Shown piece by piece: positions 1 through 13,300 of a stretch of DNA of 49,336 bases (position 1 is the stretch's first letter; each line of letters opens with the position of its first letter). Under the pieces are notes generated by a model. It did not search any database and was not told the DNA's origin. It saw only the letters and a list, made by a program, of their open reading frames with translations. A program made the translations under genes and the position numbers. Location: contig JAHLWZ010000492.1 in the NCBI GenBank assembly GCA_020536535.1, positions 1 to 49,336 of the forward strand. The letters are read 5' to 3'. The DNA comes from Pelomyxa schiedti (lineage: Eukaryota > Protista > Evosea).

Positions 1-1669
1 AAGTACCACGCCGACCCGCGCGTGCGCTTCCTGTCGTACCGCAAGAAGACGACGGCGCTGCACCTCGCGCTGTACCGGCCGCAGCCCGACCTCGTGCGCG
101 CGATCCTGGCCGCGTGCGGGGACGGCGACGCGGACCGGGTCTCGCTGCTCCGCGCCCGCGACTGCGAGCTTCGGCCGATCAGGCTGGCGTGCTACTACAG
201 CGAGAGCGCCGAGGAGAACCAGGCCGTACGGGTTATCACCGACGCCAGCAGGTGGGGCAGCGCCGCGGTTGCTGAAATGGACAAGGACCGGCCGATTTTG
301 GAGTACTGCGACATGGACACGGCTCGCCCGGATGTGTTGAGGTACCTGTGCTCGGTGTTCAGTGGTGGCCTGGGGCTTGCTTTTTATAAGGCGACCTTCA
401 AGGATTACAAATACATGACAAATATAGAGGCTCAGGACATAATACTCGATCAACCGGGTTTTGTTGCTTGTGTCAATGAGGTGTCCTACAATACAAACAA
501 GACAACACCACTTTTTTTGGCAACATTAAGGAAGAATATGGGTGCTGTTCTCAAACTGCTCTCCCTTGGTGCTAATCCAAACACCTCATGTGAATATCAA
601 ATACGCGATTACGAGCCTTACGGGAACGCAAAAACGCCAATGATACTTGCTGTTCTTTTGAATCAAAAGGAGATGGTAGAAGCAATGGCCAAACACGGGG
701 GTCTACTCCCAGTCAAAGGTGAATATTTCTGGACACGATTTCCGGCGGACAAATATCCTCATATTGCCGGTACTTCCTAATTTCCGTTCCCCCCATTTTT
801 TTATGAAGGAAAACCCCACAGGATATCTGGATTTGTACGAAAGCGTGGCTGTAGTCCGCGTTTCAGTAAAGGACTATTCTGCTCTCGATTCGATAGACAA
901 ACTGCGCGGGTCCATGCCGGAAACGGATTTTCCAGAGACATCTCCAAATGTTCCGGAATCAGAAACGGTGCTTGATGCAAACATTGAGTAATTCCCATAT
1001 TTTCCAAAATCCATGAACCTGAAACAAAAATAAGTATTGATGACACGATTCTGTCATTGCTCGTACAATATAAAGCAGAATCAGCCGAAGTGTTGGGGTA
1101 TCTTGACATTCAATCGTTGGGCAGGATTCAACAAACTTCCCGATTTTGGTTCGAACTAATTGGAATCGAATTTGTATTCAACCGCTTTTCTTCAGGTACC
1201 ATGTGGGCCGCTCCAATTCATGTTGGAAGGTATTCTTTTATGTTGAAATTGCACCTTAGAATTAGGGAAATTTTTAAAAAAAACCCCAAAAGCGTGCCTT
1301 CATGAATTCAAGTGTACATTGGTCTCCCTCCACAGTAGAGCTTTCCAACAAGTATCTCCGTTACTTGGAAGCAGATAAAGAAGTGAAGGTATATATCAAT
1401 CTCCTCACCAAACGAAAACTCACAAATACACAAATACTAAGTGGAAACATGTGTGCTTCTTTTGGGCATCCAGGAATCTCTGTGCAAAATGTGGGAAACG
1501 GTTCAGAATACGAGAAAGAACTGACTGCACTGAACCAATGGGTGATAAGGACCACAAAGTAGGCTTTTTACCCCACAGTCTCGTGAAGTACAACTCCATT
1601 TACGAGAAGGCCAAATATCAGCTACACATTGACCACTTCTATGATCCCCCCAAAAAAACAGGCGAGTGA
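1..1669 (+). CDS. Ankyrin-repeat protein with a downstream F-box-like motif (5'-partial, multi-exon)
   Basis: ORF 22-780 has ankyrin motifs (TTALHLA, TTPLFLATLRKNMGAVLKLLSLGANPN, TPMILAVLLNQKEMVEAMAKHGG). GT-AG introns at about 770-820 and 988-1034 join it in frame to LSLLVQYKAESAEVLGYLDIQSLGRIQQTSRFWFELI (F-box-like) and later WKHVCFFWASRNLCAKCGKRF. The 3' exons are approximate. Confidence 0.6.
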
Positions 1670-1738
1670 CGGGGAAAAAAAAGCTTGTGTTTTTTCCACT
1701 CACTTGCAAAATTGTGTAGTAATGTGGTGCTAGGAATT

Positions 1739-3289
1739 TTAGTATGATGAGAAGGATGTGCTGTCATCACAGTCCTGCTGGGAGGGATCCAGGGTTTTGC
1801 CCCCGAGGATTTGTATGAGAAGCTGTTGTAGCCTCTCGGCCGCGTTGCTAAAGTCAAACCTCGCAAGGAGCTTCTCCAGACGAGACAAAATGTTGCGGAG
1901 TTTGTCCTCGCAAGCATCTGCTTCAGCTTCCGCATTTGGATCATCGTCTCTTCTCCTGCGGGATGCTTCAAACTTCAGCTCGTCAACCATCGACCGGAAT
2001 TCCCGCTCCATAACTTTCAGTTGATCGCCAACGCTGGTGGATGAAAATGCACTTGCTGCAGCCTCTGCGTGCTTCTTTGATTCGGCAATTTCGTGGCATA
2101 ATTGCATCCTCTCGGACATGGTCATGTTGGCAAGGTTTTTGGTTGCAACTCCAGTCCATTGGTCAATGTCTTCCTGCATATCATTCAAGTCAACCAGTGT
2201 ACCTTTGCGCACCTGTTCCAGCAACACAGAGTTCATGTCTCGCTCGATTTGCGCAAGCTGGGCACTGAGTTGTTCTGCTTCCACTTGAAGAGGAGTGTCA
2301 GCTGAGGGTGCGGTTGAGGTACGTATAACGTTGTCTAGGTGGGACTGCATATCAGCGTGACGCTTTTGGCGCTGCAGTTCTTTTGCTGCTGCTTGATATG
2401 CGGCGGGATTCGTTACTATTACAGAAGACGAGGTAGTCGAAGATGTATGTGTGTTAGCAGCCCCTTCCGATTCAGTATTATTCTGCCGCATCATGTTTGA
2501 AAAGCGTTTCTGTTCAATACTCCTTTGTCTTGCAGCACCTGCTTGTGCTTCGGAAAACACTCTCTTCAAGTCTGAATTTTGTGGTTCAAGTGCAAGTGCG
2601 GATCGGCTTATTTCAAGAGCACTCTGGAATTCGCTCTTTCCATTCTGTGCACTTGCCTTTCTATACATGGCTTTGACATTTTTGGGGTCAAGTACAAGTG
2701 CCTGCTGCGCAAAGAATTCTGCTGCATCCCACTGACTGAGTTTGAGGTATGTGGCTGATATGTTAAGCATAAGTGCCAGCTTGAGGGGGTCCAATTTTGT
2801 TGAATCAAATTCCTTTGGGGCACGATTGTAAGCAGATGTAAGTCGGGAAGCAGCTTCTCTTGGTGTTTGGTGTTTGTAAAAAAAAAAAAAAAAATCAGGC
2901 ACTGGAAAATGTACAAAGAAACTACCTGTAGGTAGAAAGAGCTTTTGAATATAAAGTGGGTGTCGAACTGGCATTGGAAAAGATAGTGTTCGCTTCACTC
3001 TTTAATCTCGTCGCCTATTTGTGAAAGGAAGGTTAATAGAGTTGTAGAAACACAACACTCATAATCAATCATACCTCCTTTAAAACATTGGCCGGCGTGT
3101 CAGGCTTTCCGGTCCACAAAGGTATCCCGTATTTCATCTCAACGAGGTCACACTTTTCTTCAGACACCAAGTTCTTTGTGGCATTACAACCAACGCAACA
3201 ACGAACCAAAAAAGAACCTGGGCTATTTCGAAGACTCGTCTTTGTGTGGCACGCTTGTCCCTGCTATCCCCCTCGTCGTCACTCGACAT
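1739..3289 (-). CDS. TPR-repeat protein (three-TPR co-chaperone-type clamp) with helical C-terminus
   Basis: The spliced frame starts MSSDDEGD at 3289. It reads ATRLKSEANTIF...YSKALSTYR (TPR1), LMLNISATYLKLSQWDAAEFFAQQALVLDPKNVKAMYRKASA (TPR2-3) and ALALEPQNSDL. Three short GT-AG introns. Confidence 0.8.
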
Positions 3290-3495
3290 ATTTTTTTACA
3301 ATTTAAAAGAGAACAATATGTACAAGAGGGAGAAGGTGATGGGGATGGTGGGGAACTCAACAACTCTTACAAAGTTGTACTGCTTAATGCACAAACACCA
3401 ATGCCGTAATTCACTGTTCAGGATGTTACTGGTGTTCATTGACACTCATTCAGACATCACTTAGATGGTGTCTATGAACACAAAGTGCAAGAGAT

Positions 3496-3742
3496 GTGGT
3501 CTGGGTGAGGGACTGAGGGCTGAACAACCTTGTTGTCCTCATTTGTTATGTGTTTACTTATATCACAACTTTGTCTTAACTATTTACACGATACAGAGGG
3601 AGTTTCTAAGGTGGGTTAGTTGGCTGGTGTCTGTTAGCTTGAACTCACTGGTTCCCATGAATGGCCATAATTAGTTGGCCAGCTTTGTGCCCAATCATCA
3701 CACCAAGATTCCCTATTTCCTTCCCCCATCACTCCTCACAAA
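3496..3742. repeat. Diverged direct repeat, copy A (~245 bp)
   Basis: Aligns co-linearly by eye with 18978-19223. Shared blocks include ACAACTTTGTCTTAACTATTTACAC, TCTGTTAGCTTGAACTC, GAATGGCCATAATTAGTTGGCCA and CCCAATCATCACACCAAGATTCCCT. Confidence 0.9.
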
Positions 3743-4380
3743 AGAGGATGTCCTCCATCACTGAACCCAGTGGTAGTCACATTCTTTCAAAGCACTTCCA
3801 CAAGGTATTTTTCACTAGCTGAAGCTTCCATTCTTCAATACTTCTGGAAGCAATGCTGCAAGAGAACTCCAAGGGTGAAAGATAAAAAAGGTGCTTTGTC
3901 CCTTCTTTCCATTATGACTTTCACCTTTATTTAGGTGGTTGCCTGTGTAAGGACAATTGATGCTGCAGGAGGCTGTTTACCCCCTTTGATATGAAGCATT
4001 TGCCAAAGTCACTGCAGAATCAGTATGCAGATGATGGATGACTCACCCAAACTGGATCAAATCAGCTATAGTTCTATCAGCAGTCGCCGTGACATCACCA
4101 CACACCCTTACGGACTTCGCTTCGGACACCGAGAAGGGTTCGTCTTACAAAATCAATAAACAACACAACTTTCAGTCACCACTTTGTTGATGGCATCGTA
4201 AGGGATTTTTAAAAAGGAAAAAAACACAAAACCCACCCAATCCACTAAAATAAACACTTTGTTTCCTCTTTACATTCAAGTACGAACATCCCTGTGGGTA
4301 AAACCACACACCACGTTTTGGTGTCTTTTTTTGGACACTCATTGCCAGGCGGTGGTGTTACTCTCCCATAGTGCTAAAGC

Positions 4381-7300
4381 TTACAGTTCCAAATCATCAA
4401 GGAGGAGTGAGGATGTGACGGATATGGTGGCAGTGTGAGCAGGCACAACAACTGCAGGAGGACCAACTACCTGTCCAGGTGGTTGCCGATGAGGAATTGC
4501 AGCGTTTTTTCCCAGGGGCATTGATATTAGTTCAGGTGCATGGACTGTTGTGTGGGGATCACGAAGGAACTGCCGCATGGCAGAGAATGGAACAATGCAG
4601 GATTCCGAAACCGCAGTGCCGGTTGTTTCATGTGGCCCAAGGATAGCTTCCGCTTGACGAAGTATGTGCCCATAGTACTTGACTGGGAGCGCGAATGGTG
4701 CTCGCCCCATGATTGTGTCGTCATCGTAGAATCGTATCCGTTCAATGTTTCTATCCTCCGCTGGGGCTGGTGCATTGGTGAGGACAGTTAGGAAGAAGCT
4801 CAGTGGGGTTTTGGCAAATGCATCCGTGATTTCATTTAGAAAATTGCATACGCCGGTGACCCGGAGTGAAGTTAGGATGGCCGAAATTTGAACGTGGTAT
4901 AGAGGTGTATCTACAATATACTTTAGTGTTTCCTCAATTTCTGCTATGTCAGCTTCGCTGGCTATTTTCTGATCGGCGCTTGGATGAACTTTGTGGTTCC
5001 AGCACAATCCCATCATTGCTGGGAGATGCTCTAAGTGAAAAGCAGTTGCCACTGATGGCATTTCAGCCATGACTTGTTGACCTAACTTTTGCTCGTTCGT
5101 CAATGGCATGTCCATTGCAATGCTAACAACCCCTTTGGTATTGGGTACAAGTCTGTCAGACACTTGTAGTAATACGGCACCACAAAACGAGAAAATTGAT
5201 TCACTGATATGAGGTTCTCGTTGAATAAGAGACTTCACTTGCCCAAAAATACTGGGAGTCAGTGCTGAAAAATACCGGTGTTCCCTTTCCAAACTTTCCT
5301 GGAGTTGAGTGTAAAGAGTAAGTAGTCCTTCCATTCCATAATTGTATTCTGGTAGCTCAGACGCAATACTAAGATAAAAAGCAAAGCGCAAGGACCCAAA
5401 TTTGCACAGAGACTCGGCTACAACGAGGTCACTTGATAAGTGGGACTGGTACCCAGGAACCAAAAATAATGATTTCACAATGTCCAGAATAAAGTCACAA
5501 TCCACAGAAATTAAATCTCTTTCTAATAGGAGGTATGGGTTTCCACACACCTTTGGTGCATCGCTCCCATGAATTAAATCATAAATATTGTTCTGAATAT
5601 GAGGTACCCCAACCCAGCTGCCAGGTTTGTCCCCACCAGTGCCACTCCAAAGAGCCATTGACAATATTCCGAGACCCTTCGATTGTGGGAGGAAGCACGC
5701 CAATTTGGTATTCACGGGTATTTCCCTCTTCATATGTGCGAAGGTTGTCTGTATTGTGGTCTGGCACTGCCAGTTACTGACATGGTTGAAAACCGTGAGG
5801 AAATTTGTTTGAAACTGAACAACAGAGGACTTCAGAGGTTCCCCATAGTTTTGAATGAAGCCAAAGAATGAGCCTTCCTCCTCTGCAAACGCTCTAGTGA
5901 CCGCCTTTTCTTTGCAGCACTGTTGCAGTTTGTGCAGAAACTTAATAATTCCATAAACTGCTGAAACAGAAGCGCTTTCAAGAGAGCTCTTTTTTTCACC
6001 AAGAAGGTTAAGGAGTGGGTAAGTAACGTAGTTTTCCTTCAGGTGACTCCAAAATTGATGTTTAAAGCTGAACCTACTGCGAGCTAGCATTAGCAGTGAT
6101 CTTTGGCAAGATTCGTTGAAGGGTTTTGATAATAGATCCCCCTCGGTTAACTTTAGCTGGAGAAGGGCATCCGATGATGTTCGCTTTGTTTGCTTATCAA
6201 ATTCGCTTAGTAAAGTTAGGGGATTCTTATACTGTCGGCATAGCTGTAAAATGTTATCTTTCACCAATGCTCGTGTTACCTCTCCGCTTAAAGCAATGTT
6301 TTCTACTTTCCAGATCATAGCATGCAACCACAAAAATGTGCAGTCTTTTGAACTTGCATGGAAAAGGGAGTTGTGTAATATTTTAATTTGATCTGAAATT
6401 TGGGCAAATATGCTTTCCAGTGAATCAGCTCCACTATTGGCAACAGTAAGTCTATTCCATAGGTGCCCAGCACAGCTGAGAATTTCTATGAATGCTTCCA
6501 CTATTGGCGGGGAATCTTCACCTGATCCATCTACTTTCAACGTGGAAACGATTTGGTCAGCTCGCACATTGAAAATATTACCCTTCAGGATGTTGGGAAG
6601 TGCGGCTTCTACTAGACCTCTTTCTTCACGGGGAATTGTCTGTATGTACCTCCTAATTTCGGTTGTTGCAATGACCCCAAACTCTCGTCTGAATAGTTCA
6701 CGGTCCCCAAAGTATCCTCCATGTTTTTGACGTAGGTGTGAATGCGCATCCTTCCCGCAATCCAACAAACAGTGTCCGCAAAACCCACATTTACAGTTTT
6801 TATTGCTACATGTGAAAGCGAAACAGCCATCCCAATCCACAAATGCTGCTTTGCAGCGGGGGCACCTGGGATTCATCAAATCTTCGATTGTAGGGCGATA
6901 CTTGTTCAATATTGCGTCAGACTGCCGTATGGTCTCAGCCATATCCTGGAAAAATTTCATGATTTTGTGTCCTCCAAGGATTGAACTGACCAAACATAAG
7001 GTAAGTATACGAACTTGTACGTCTTTTTGTCTAATCAGACTTCCACTCAGTGATTTGAACAATGTCCGCGCCTCAGCTGAAAAATCACCTTGTAGGATAG
7101 GGAAAACGGCCGAGGAAAAGTTATCTATATGCTGTGGTGCCACATCAAGACAGAAAGCCCCGACACAGGAAGCTTTACCAATAAAACTCAATGCCTTAAA
7201 GCGGTCCAGGGTTTGCTTGGATTGTTGCACACTGTACTCGCAAAGAAGAGAGACTGCATCTGTAAAGTCGTCTTTGCATGCTAAAGGAGAAGCCATTTGA

Positions 7301-10300
7301 AGGCATTTGGCAAGCTCGTCTACAACAGGGCACTGTGATATACTTTGAGGATATTTACCGGCTCTTATTCGGGAAATAGCCTTGGCAATTTCCACAGTTC
7401 CAGCGGCACTTCCGCAGCGTAACACAAACAATGCAGCTTCACGTGTATCCGCCACATCATTCTGTAGTAGCTTCATTATAACTGGGTGAGAAGCAGCAGG
7501 TTCTTCACAGTTATGGAGGTCAATAAGAAGTGATGTAACGAGTACCATCCTGATAAAGTAATTTAAGGGGGTCTTGGAAGAGAATTTTTCAATGATCCCG
7601 TCATCGAGGTTTCCTAAGTATATAGCATCGAAGGCACAGTGAACAGCAAGTATGTAGTGACGGTGGTCTGCAGTAATAAACTTTGTGAGACAGGCAGCCA
7701 ACTCTCCGGTGGGACTTGGTTGCTGGTACAGCATGGAAAAAGCTCTGCGAAGAAGAAATGCTGTTCCACACAATAAGCCCTCCTTAGGATCATTTAAAGG
7801 GGTATGAATGATAAACTGCAAGGCACTGATTATCAGGCTCTCCTTGGGATCATCGGTAGAAAATAATTCGAATAGGAAGTACTTGATGAAGTTATCAGGG
7901 CCTTTTAATAAAGCATTCACTCCTTCTGCTTCGTTGTTTGCAAATATCTCATACAATTTGACAAGTGCGTTCCTACTTTCTTTCCTCTGGTCTTTTGAAG
8001 CTACCATAGACATTGCCCTAACAATCCCCCAATTTATGGAATGGTGATATTTGGTTAACTCTGCAAGAAGCTCAATTCTATTCAGTGGAACAATACCATC
8101 AACAGATGCCAGTGGTAACAAGTCTTCTACAGTGTTTCCAGAAAAATTATTCACCAGTTCAGGAGAAAAATCGAGCATACAAAACTGCAAAAGAAATTTG
8201 AACCATTCTGGGTTCTCGGCAATCACTTTATGGAACTCTACAATAGACCCAAATGCGTTTTGATGGCTCATTTTAAGAACTTTCTCAAGGAGTCCCAGTC
8301 TCTGTTGTTCAAACCCTGCCCCAATGCAAAGGACATCTTCGAAGTACTGTGATAAACACTTGGGATTAACAGTATCAAGACCAGCGCTTTGAATAAACTG
8401 CTCCATTTCATTAGTGTTGCCCTCCAAGTCAGACAGGTGCTTGGCAATAAACGGTGATAAAGGAAATGACACTGTGGTGAGTTTGCCTTGGCAAGTTCTG
8501 GATTGCTTTGGGAAGAGTAGAGCACCATTGTTTGACTCGACATCAAGACATTGAAATGTCGGTAATGGATTCAAATTCAAGCAACTTTCAATATCACAGC
8601 GAGGTGTAAGCTCTGAGGACAATATGAGGCGAGATACGAGTTCCATCATTTCTGGAACATCAAGTAATTGCAGGGAATGGAATTGCACCATCCTGTGCAA
8701 TAATATTACAAGTACCCTCACAACAAAACCCCCAAGATAATTCACGTAAATTGTGCACAGGGAATCTGAACTGTACTTGGCTTTTTGAAATGCCAAAGTA
8801 TGCCATTTGGAAAACTCGATTTTACAGTGTTTTGTGTTCTCAAGGATGATTTCTACAAGACTTCTGCTGAAGGAAGTTCCTTTCAGAAGTTGTTGAAGAA
8901 ACTCCAGAAGTGGATTGACCTCCGATGCGGAGGCGGCAATTGATTGGCAAATTGTTGTAAGGTTGTCATTTTCAAGAGCAAGGGCAGTTATAAGATCCTC
9001 GGTGAGAATTTCATGAAGATACAATTCTCGATCAAGGTCCCCAAGCAGAGATGGCCAGGGTTTACCTGCCATAGAATGAGGAACGACTTCATCTGCAAAA
9101 ACTTGTGCCCAGGTTCGATCAAAGAGAAGGGAGAAAGGGATTTTTGCAGAGTTACTCTCCATGAAATCCGAAACAACAACAATAAGAACAACATGCTGGT
9201 GCTGTGTCAGAGTTTCCGAGGAGACAGCATACATAAAGGCGTCAAGGAGAACAGATTGTGGTGATGAAGTGTCTAGAATAAAGATGCTGAATGCGCTTCT
9301 GTTGTCGTCAGTTGGCACTCTTTTTAGTGCTGTCAAGGCTGAATGAACCTCACTACTTGTAGCTTGATTGAGTATAATCATATTTGGAGGCTCTAATGTA
9401 ACCATAGTTGACTCGTCAGACTTGAACAGTTGGGTAACCTCTTGCACTAAGGCTGTCACAGAAACTTGGAGCTGCTCAGTAATAATCATTAAGTGCCTAT
9501 CCTGAAGTGCAAGCTGTGACAGTTCCTTAAACGGCAGATTGCAACCAGATAGCTTCCAGATATGATTGAGTGAGGAGATTGTTATCGTGGCGGCGGGACT
9601 GTCCAAACCTTGCACCAGGTTGAGGGACAGTCTTCTCAGATTTTTTCTGGAAAAGCAATAGCACAGTCTTTTCATGACCTCATCTTGCTCAGAAAATGCA
9701 TAGACCGCAGAATCTAAACTTTCTTCTTTGAAACCAGGAATCAAAAATTCAAAGAGATTCACCACCTTTCCATCACTGATCTGGCAAGACCCTTTCAGGG
9801 AGACAATACTCCTGCATTTTCTTTGAGAAGGACTCAAGGCCGAAGCATAGGTTAAAATGGTTTTGGAGAAACGATTGATCATGGGAGGGAGGACTGAGGA
9901 TTTTAGTTCTTCTTGGTCCTCCAAAACAATGCACCTGAAACTTGGACGTACAAACACTGCTTGTGTAACACCAGCCATGGAAAGCATTGTTTTGTGCAAA
10001 GCGTCTGAGTCGTCATTGGAAAAAGACCTGTCCTTGTAATAGTGTACATTTAAAGCATCTAAAAGAGATTCGTAGAGATGACGGCTTTTCACAAGGATGA
10101 GAGTTTTCCCTTCCCGGAGGCACGCCTTGATCCTCATCATTTGTTGGACCAATTCAGAAGTAGTTGTTGCTCCCCTTGACGCACCGGTAGATTGAAATAT
10201 CACTGTGCTTTGTTCTTTTTGAACAAGCCCCATTGAGAACAATAGCATTAGTGCGGCATTTGCTTTTGTAAATATCATTGTATGCCGAGAGGTGACTTCA

Positions 10301-13300
10301 TATAGTGAATAACTGATGACTTCCGGTGCTGGGATATTATGTATATCAAGGTCAGTGAAATACTGGCAATATGCTTGATGTGAGACTGGAGCGGCATGTT
10401 CCTTAAAACGCAATGTAACTGTCTCTTCCGAAAAATCCTCAGAGGGATGTGTAGACCTCCACTTGATGGTCTCATAGTATAACTGCATTTTACAACAGCA
10501 ATCACACAACAAAATCACATCACCAGATTCCCTTTTCCATTCCCATTTTGCAATCACATCCTTGAGAAGCCCAAAGGAGCTCTGCGTTGCTTCTGAAAGG
10601 AGCTCTTCTTGTTTCTGGTCGGGGAACCCTCTAAGATTTATGAGAACTGCCCATCGTGTGATATGTGAGTTGATTTCTTCGGATTGTGCCAACTGGATTT
10701 GGTTTAAATGTAATGATTGTTCAATAGGCACAGCAAGAATCCTAATGGTACTCACAGTTGAATAGAAGTCTCTCATTCCAAAATACCATGTCATACTCTC
10801 ATTTCGGAGAATATTTTGACTGAAAGCAAAGGAGAAATTAGTTATCCATCCAGCCGTGTGTGCTTGCCCCAACCCTCTTAATATAGCCTTGGCAGTTATT
10901 TCCAGATCATTAACTGGGGGGTTTCCTCTATATACAACTCTTCCCCTGCCCATTTTTGAAGCATCCAGACGATAGTTGGACACCCCAATGATTGGTAGAC
11001 GCACTGCCTTTCCATCAACATTTATTCCGTGATCTATCATGCTGTGCAAAGACATCAGTGGGTTATGAATGGACCCAATTGTGGCTCCAACTTCTTCAAG
11101 AACAAGCACTACAATACGTCTACCCCTGAGTGCTATTTTATTGGCAGCATTCTGAGCCAGGGCAGCTCTTCTTGCATTACTGTGTACATGATGTGCCGTA
11201 GTATAAGGAGAACACTGGATGACATGCTTCTGAATTACAATATTCAGTTTTCCCAAGAAAGATTCTTCCCTCCTATCTTCCGTTGCTTTGACAAGAAGTT
11301 CGAGTGTTCTTGATTTTGTAGAACCAGGCCTTCCCACAATAAATAAGGTGGAAGTTGTACAGACAGCACAGAGAACTGCAAAGCAGTTCTCTTTCAAAGC
11401 CTGATTCACGGCAAGACCTCCTTCAATATCTAAATCCTGTGCAAGATATGTTGCGAACTCGTTGAATGATTGGTACAGTTCACATGAGTCATATGAGGCT
11501 GCAAGTGAAGCAGGAGGTGGCCCTGGCATGAAATTGGGATTAAGTCCAGGAAACCAACCTCTGACAGTGTTCCATCTTGTTTGTACTCTAATGAGGTAAG
11601 ATAGCCGCTTGCTAGAATCAAGACGCAGACAATAAGTACTGACGAGGGCAATGTGCACAGCGTTTGTCAAAAACCTGAAGTATGGGAATGGACCCACCAG
11701 TTGTTCTTCTTGCAGCTTGGCTCTCACCTGGCACCAAAAGGTCTCAAAGACAAGAGCTACAAGTTCACATCCTTTTCTTATATCTCTAAGAGACACGACA
11801 CTGATTTCATCCAAATATACATCATGCCGGATGAAGTCCTGAGATGTTAAGAGCAAATCAACCAACAAAGTGCGAAACTTGATCCAAAAAGCTTCACCCT
11901 GAGTGCCATCACCAGCCTGTTTGAAATCATTTCTGAGAACTTGAATGTTGTCGAGTTTATTGATCAACCATGACACCATACTCGAGGCCATAAGGAGTTC
12001 ATCTGTTATATTGTCTCTCCCTTGTATCACAAGTGTGTGAGCTAGAGTGGAGGAAACTTCACACAAAGGCGTTTCAGTTGTTGCTGAAGTACCCCAATCC
12101 CAAGCCAAGGAATACAGGGTTTCAGGGGAGTGGTGTACCTGATACACAAGATTCAAGGGTTGGTTTTGAAGACCTTTACTGGTATTTTGTTGATATCTCA
12201 AGAAGTCAAGGCCTCCAACATCCATCTCTGCTATTGCTCTGTTTTGTGCTTCTGTGCGTAATTTCCAAGGATTCAGAATGGCAATGAAAACGATGTTGCT
12301 GGGAACTCGAACTCCAAAGCAAATATGATCACATAACATGTCTTTTGCAGTCCACAAGGCACTTGTTGTATTCACTTCATCAAGTAAAACGACATGCTGC
12401 CTGTTGCTACCGGTGGCCTTTTCAATAATGGGCTGCATTAAATGGAAGAAGTCTTCTTCAGAAATTCCCTCCTGAACATTGATTACATTGAAGGTTTGGC
12501 CTGATATACTTGAGAGAAATTGAATAGTTTCCGTTTTACCACAGCCAGTTTCCCCCATGATGCACACAGGGATGCCCGCAAAGAGCCGAATTTGAACAGA
12601 CATGATTCGAAGAATGTTATCAACTGTTAAAGTGTAAGTAGGCTTTTGTGTGCCATCTCCAAACAGGCGGATAAGATAACTTGAGCAAATGGTCATAAAC
12701 TCAGCACATGACATATTTGTATCGATTTTGGTTCCTGTGGACTCTAGATACTTCACGGCAGTAGAAACACGATCGATGACATCGCATAGTTTTACTGTTC
12801 CCACAGTCTTTCCACGTGTAAGTGTACTAAGGACATCTAGCACTGGGCGGGCACCTTGGAAACACCCAATTACCTCCAATAGAATCTTCAAAGGAGGGTT
12901 TTCTTGATCAATGGAATACGGCTTCTGACCCAAGTCAAAACAAAGCTTTTGTAAGTAGGCCCGATTGATTGGATGCAATACACATTCATTTACTGTGAGC
13001 CATTCAAGGAATGCTGGGCTTCTATTGGCACAAGCCATCTCTGCATTTTTAATGAAATGTAATGGAGAAAAGGCTGCAGTTGATGTGATATGATAGCCCT
13101 GTTGGGTTACTACGAAAAATGGCATCTCTCTCCATTGTTCAAATTTTTCCATATTAGTGCACCGTTGAATGTCATCTTGTGGAGCCAGCTTGTCAAAAGG
13201 CTGCATGGCTGGCTTGGCTAAGTTAATGGAACAGTTGAGAATCATTTTGGAGAAATGAAAGGCTAATTGCATAATAAATTGTCCTTCTTCCAAGCTTTCC

